The notes under the pieces: model-generated | Told to the model about the DNA's origin: nothing | The model's input: the letters and a program-made list of their open reading frames with translations, nothing else | Databases searched by the model: none | Position numbers and translations under genes: made by a program | Assembly: GCA_951406725.2 (NCBI GenBank) | Contig: OX597833.1 | Span: 55,552,001 to 55,616,000, forward strand | Direction: 5' to 3' | Length of the DNA: 64,000 nucleotides | Source: Octopus vulgaris | Lineage: Eukaryota | Part shown: in pieces, positions 60,001-64,000 of the stretch | How the letters are laid out: the number at the start of each line of letters is the position of its first letter | Position numbering within the stretch: the stretch's first letter is position 1

Positions 60001-60226
60001 CTTCTGCATTCTTTAACTGTCTATACTCAATCATTAGAGTTTTATTTTCGATGTAGTTCAACTTTCAATATATATTTCTTAAATATTGAAGAACAAACAA
60101 CTAAAATGCAACTAAATATTTTAAATACCCTGGCTACATTGCCATGTGCAAATCAGTCAGCAATGTCAATTTTTTTTTCTTGACTCGTAATTTGTTAACC
60201 CTGTTGCCATTTTATACTGGGAGCTT

Positions 60227-60623
60227 GGATCTTTTCGGTTTGAACGGCAGTTTTTTCTAGCGGTGTCGTATGAAATTGTCACCCATAATTATGGCCCTAG
60301 AATCGGTCTATTACATTTCAATCTCTTTTAGGGTTAGGGGTGGGGGAAGGGTATCTTTTTTTCTTCACAAATGAAAATAAACCCAATCTGTTTCTTAAAC
60401 GAGGGACATATTCATACGGCACCGAATGCTTTTTAACTCAATAGACGTCAGTGATTGGTTGAAATTGAAGAATAAACAACAAATATCTTACAAACTATAG
60501 AATTTTCTCAATAAAGCCAAGAGAAAAAGATGTTTTTTAAACACATTCTACCAGTATATGAAGCTTAAAATTTTTTAGTTACCTAGAAATTGTTAAAAAC
60601 TGCCATTCAAACCGAAAAGATCC
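60227..60623. mobile_element. MITE-GG with 8-bp TSD
   Basis: TSD gggagctt. Confidence 0.95.
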
Positions 60624-60899
60624 GGGAGCTTAACTTAAAATTTCATAACTTTTTGAATAAAGTATGTTTGAAATCTTTTCGTTAGTTGTTACAGCGCAAT
60701 CTTTATCGCCACGTTGGTTGCTAGATGCAGCTATCTCCCTCAAACTAAATTTTTTTCCTTTATCAAAACTTTCACCTGCCATTACCTCAAGTATGAAATA
60801 TGAAACCGGACCAAAATATCAAGGAATTTTTTTTTTCTAAGATCACATAAAATCAAATAGAATTTTCCTATAAAAACACTTTACATAACATGCCATCAT

Positions 60900-61140
60900 G
60901 CTTCAGGACCAGTTACTGCAACAGCCTGGGTTTCAAGGGCCCACAGCTTTTTAATATTCTCCCAAAGAGTCTGAGGAACTTGCACAAGGTAGATGTAGGG
61001 TTTTTTTTAATCAAAGCCGGACCTCTTCCAGTCGAGAGTCCCAGATGAACCTACCTCACGGCAAGAGGTGCAAATGAGGGTAGCTATATCAAACTCCATT
61101 CTTCACCAAGTGCCACATATTGGAGGAGGCTCTTCGTAAT
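60900..61140 (+). mobile_element. CR1/L2-group LINE 3' end
   Basis: GPQLFNILPKSLRNL...SRVPDEP...SNSILHQ-like remnant. Confidence 0.5.
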
Positions 61141-61194
61141 AACAGTGTAGCAAAACGGCGGTGCATCGGCATGGCCGCAGCTCTGAGCTGAAAC

Positions 61195-61770
61195 TGTTTC
61201 AATCCTCTGACTGCGGCCATGCTGGGGCACAGCCTGGAAGGGTGTTTTAGTCGAACAAATCGACCCTAGGTCATATGCTTTTAAAGTCCGGTACTTATTC
61301 TATCGGTCTCTCTACCGAACCGCTAAGTTACGGGAATGCAAACACACCAATACCGGTTGTCAAGTGGTAATGGGAGTTAAACAGACACACATACATATAT
61401 ATTTCTTTACTGCCCGCAAGAGGCTAAACATAGAGTGGACAAACAAGGACAGACAAAGGGATTAAGTCGATTGCTGGTACTTTATTTATCGACCCCGAAA
61501 GGATGAAAGGCAAAGTCGACCTCGGTGGAATTTGAACTCAGAACGTAACGACAGTCGAAATACCGCTAAGCATTTCGCCCGGCGCGCTAACGTTTCTGCC
61601 AGCTCACCACCTTCAGACACATACATATATATGTATACGACAGGCTTCTTTTAGTTTCCGTCTACCAAATCCACTCACAAGGCTTTGGTTTACCCGCGGC
61701 TATGGTAGGAGACACTTTGCCCAAGGTACCCAAAACCATGTAGTCGGGAGGCAAACTTCTTGCCACGCAT
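61195..61770 (-). mobile_element. SINE-D with SINE-A nested at ~61400-61612
   Basis: Homology to 43920-44190; nested copy flanked by cacatacatatata. Confidence 0.75.
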
Positions 61771-62291
61771 GCGTTCGTCAGAATCCATTCCGTTTGTTTT
61801 TTTCCAACCACATGAAGATTTGTCAATTCTCTATGGATTGTTTTTCGAATTTCCAACACCGATGTAGTTTTGCATAATGATGACGAATATCGCATTATTA
61901 TTATTTGGGGGGGGGACAAATCCATAATAAACGAGATTGAAGCGTTCTAAGTTATTAATTTTTAGCCAATGAAATGAGTCCGGTGTCCTCGCGAGCGGAA
62001 GTCGAAACTGTTTGCTGTCGTTATTGCCATGGCAACAAACAGTATCGTTGAAAATAAAGACAAAGGGAATGTGAAAACTGAATTGCTATTTTTAAAAGAG
62101 AATTTAATGAAATTAAACAAATGAAAAGAAGTTTTTATTTATTTTTTTTTAAAGAATTTAATGAGAGAAAACAAAAGATTTGTATCTATATATTAGAATT
62201 GTGTCCCTGCAATTTCAACCAATCAATGACCGTCTATTGAGTTAAAAAGCATTCTGTCAGAGAGGCTGTTTCAGTACATCTCCCTTGCCAT

Positions 62292-63125
62292 TCTATAGAG
62301 GGTTGGTAGAGGCGGAATGTGAAGATACCTTGGGGGAAACCCTAGGTCTCGACGATAATCAGCTGGCCAGTCTGTTCCGACGTACGTTCAAGCCGAAGAC
62401 ACTGGACAACTTCCAGAAGTCTCTGGCATGGCAATGCTACAGAGGAGCTCTACCTGTTCGGGATAAACTCGCAAGGCACGGTGGCCGAGACAGTCCGATA
62501 TGTCCAAGATGCGGGCGGGATAGGGAAACCGTCCCGCATGCTATTGTTCATTGTCCGGACGTGTCTGAGGTGTGGGTTTATGCCGAACAGCTGTTGTCAA
62601 GTACACGAAGAGTACAGCTGTCGACTGATTTGTCATCAACATGCAAAACTATATCAAAAGAATATTGTTTGAAAATTTTCAGATTAAAATTTGTGATTGG
62701 AGGAAAATGAAAAAAGATCTACAGTCAGGCAAGTTCATCTCCGGCCCTGGTTTGATGAATTATTTCATCTTTCACCTGAAAAGGAAGATAGGGCTGGAGA
62801 GAATATGCCTGACTAAGAGAGTGTATGAAAAACGATGGAAAGATGTAGCACGAAAGTTGCGAGTGAATGATACAACATAAATGTAACATCAAACGAAACC
62901 AAAAGTATCAGTGGGGAGGCGGGGCTCGTGGGGTCTGAGCTAAACCCGCACCCACTCCACCCGTAATGTCTTCCGGTCTGTTCCAACATTCGATTTCTTG
63001 CTATTTTTGTAAATTTCTGTAAATTTTTAAAATTCGCTTTTTTGTAAAACCCATTCGTGTGTCTGACCCCATCATCAGATTGTATTGTCCCCTCTATGTG
63101 GCCCCTAGTGGGTAATAAAGAAATA
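62292..63125 (+). mobile_element. 5'-truncated Tx1/L1-like LINE 3' end
   Basis: LDNFQKSLAWQCYRGALPVRDKL, CPRC..H...HC; TSD acatctcccttgccat; tail ggcccctagtgggtaataaagaaata. Confidence 0.9.
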
Positions 63126-63587
63126 ACATCTCCCTTGCCATCCTCCGGCGCAACGGGTGCTTTATGTCATTGACCCTGAAAAAAGTATGAAATAATAGTC
63201 AAATGCAGTATTTTATGTGATTCGTATTCTAAAAGAGAGCTAGACATCGAAATGGAATACCATTAGTGATAAACAGTGTTAATATTAGCTCTGATATAGC
63301 TGTGTGATTCAGAACATCGTACTTTCAGGTTCAATCCCTCTGCGTAACACATTCAGTCAGTGTCTTCTATTATAGGCTCAGGGTGGTCAAAGCCTTTAAG
63401 AGTGAAATTTGGTAAATGGTTATTTAGAAGCTCAATGGAGCGACCGTTCCTGTTTTGTAGTTGAGAGGCTTAACAGTTACGTTCGTTTATTATCATCACC
63501 AGAATCCACTTCGAGCATTCGATGGAAGAACCCCCAACTGGGAATAACTTCTTTCACGTTACCAATGTCACCGTAAAAAGGGCTATG

Positions 63588-64000
63588 GGATCTTTTCGGT
63601 TTGAACGGCAATTTTTAACATAATTTCCTGGTAACTAAACACTTTTAAACTTCGTATACTGGTAGAATGTGTTTATAAAACATCTTTTTCTCTTGGCTTT
63701 ATTGAGAAAATTCTATAGTTTGTAAGATATTTGTTGTTGTTTTTTCTTCAATTTCTGCAATTTCAACCAATCAATGACGTCTATTGAGGTAAAAAAAAAC
63801 ATTCTGTGCCGTATGAATATATCCCTCGTTTAAGAAACAGATTGGGTTTATTTACATTTATGAAGAAATAAAGATACCCTTCCCCCCACCCCTAACCCAA
63901 CACCTAACTAACCCTAACCCTAAAACAGATTGAAATGCAATAGATCGATACTAGGGTCATAATTATGGGCGACAATTTCATATGACACCTCTAGAAAAAA
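63588..64000. mobile_element. MITE-GG (cut by window end)
   Basis: Left TIR and almost the full body. Confidence 0.9.

Overview
AT-rich, repeat-dense animal genomic DNA. The SINE families look like octopus/cephalopod SINEs (recalled similarity, not searched). The main host content is a cluster of an unrecognised gene family encoding ~200-400 aa four-transmembrane proteins on a single coding exon, with a polar N-tail carrying a (R/W)PTRRxS motif. I count 7 complete ORFs, 1 cut by the left edge and 3 pseudogenes. All copies left of ~39 kb are on the minus strand and all copies to the right are on the plus strand, with the closest paralogues in mirrored positions. One paralogue has gained a tandem array of acidic YxxI/L/V (YEEI) motifs. 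The rest is a retroelement/transposon community: truncated Tx1/L1-like LINEs; a tRNA-headed SINE and an ORF1-only element that share the LINE 3' tail; SINE head-to-tail multimers; about 18 copies of a GG-ended, 8-bp-TSD MITE containing TTAGGG repeats; piggyBac-, hAT- and Helitron-type non-autonomous elements; a head-to-head pair of tRNA-promoter elements carrying a minimal hammerhead ribozyme; and an orphan 28S rDNA fragment ending at the R2 target site, followed by a non-coding region of repeated hairpins. Coordinates were read by eye; repeat boundaries may be off by a few bases.
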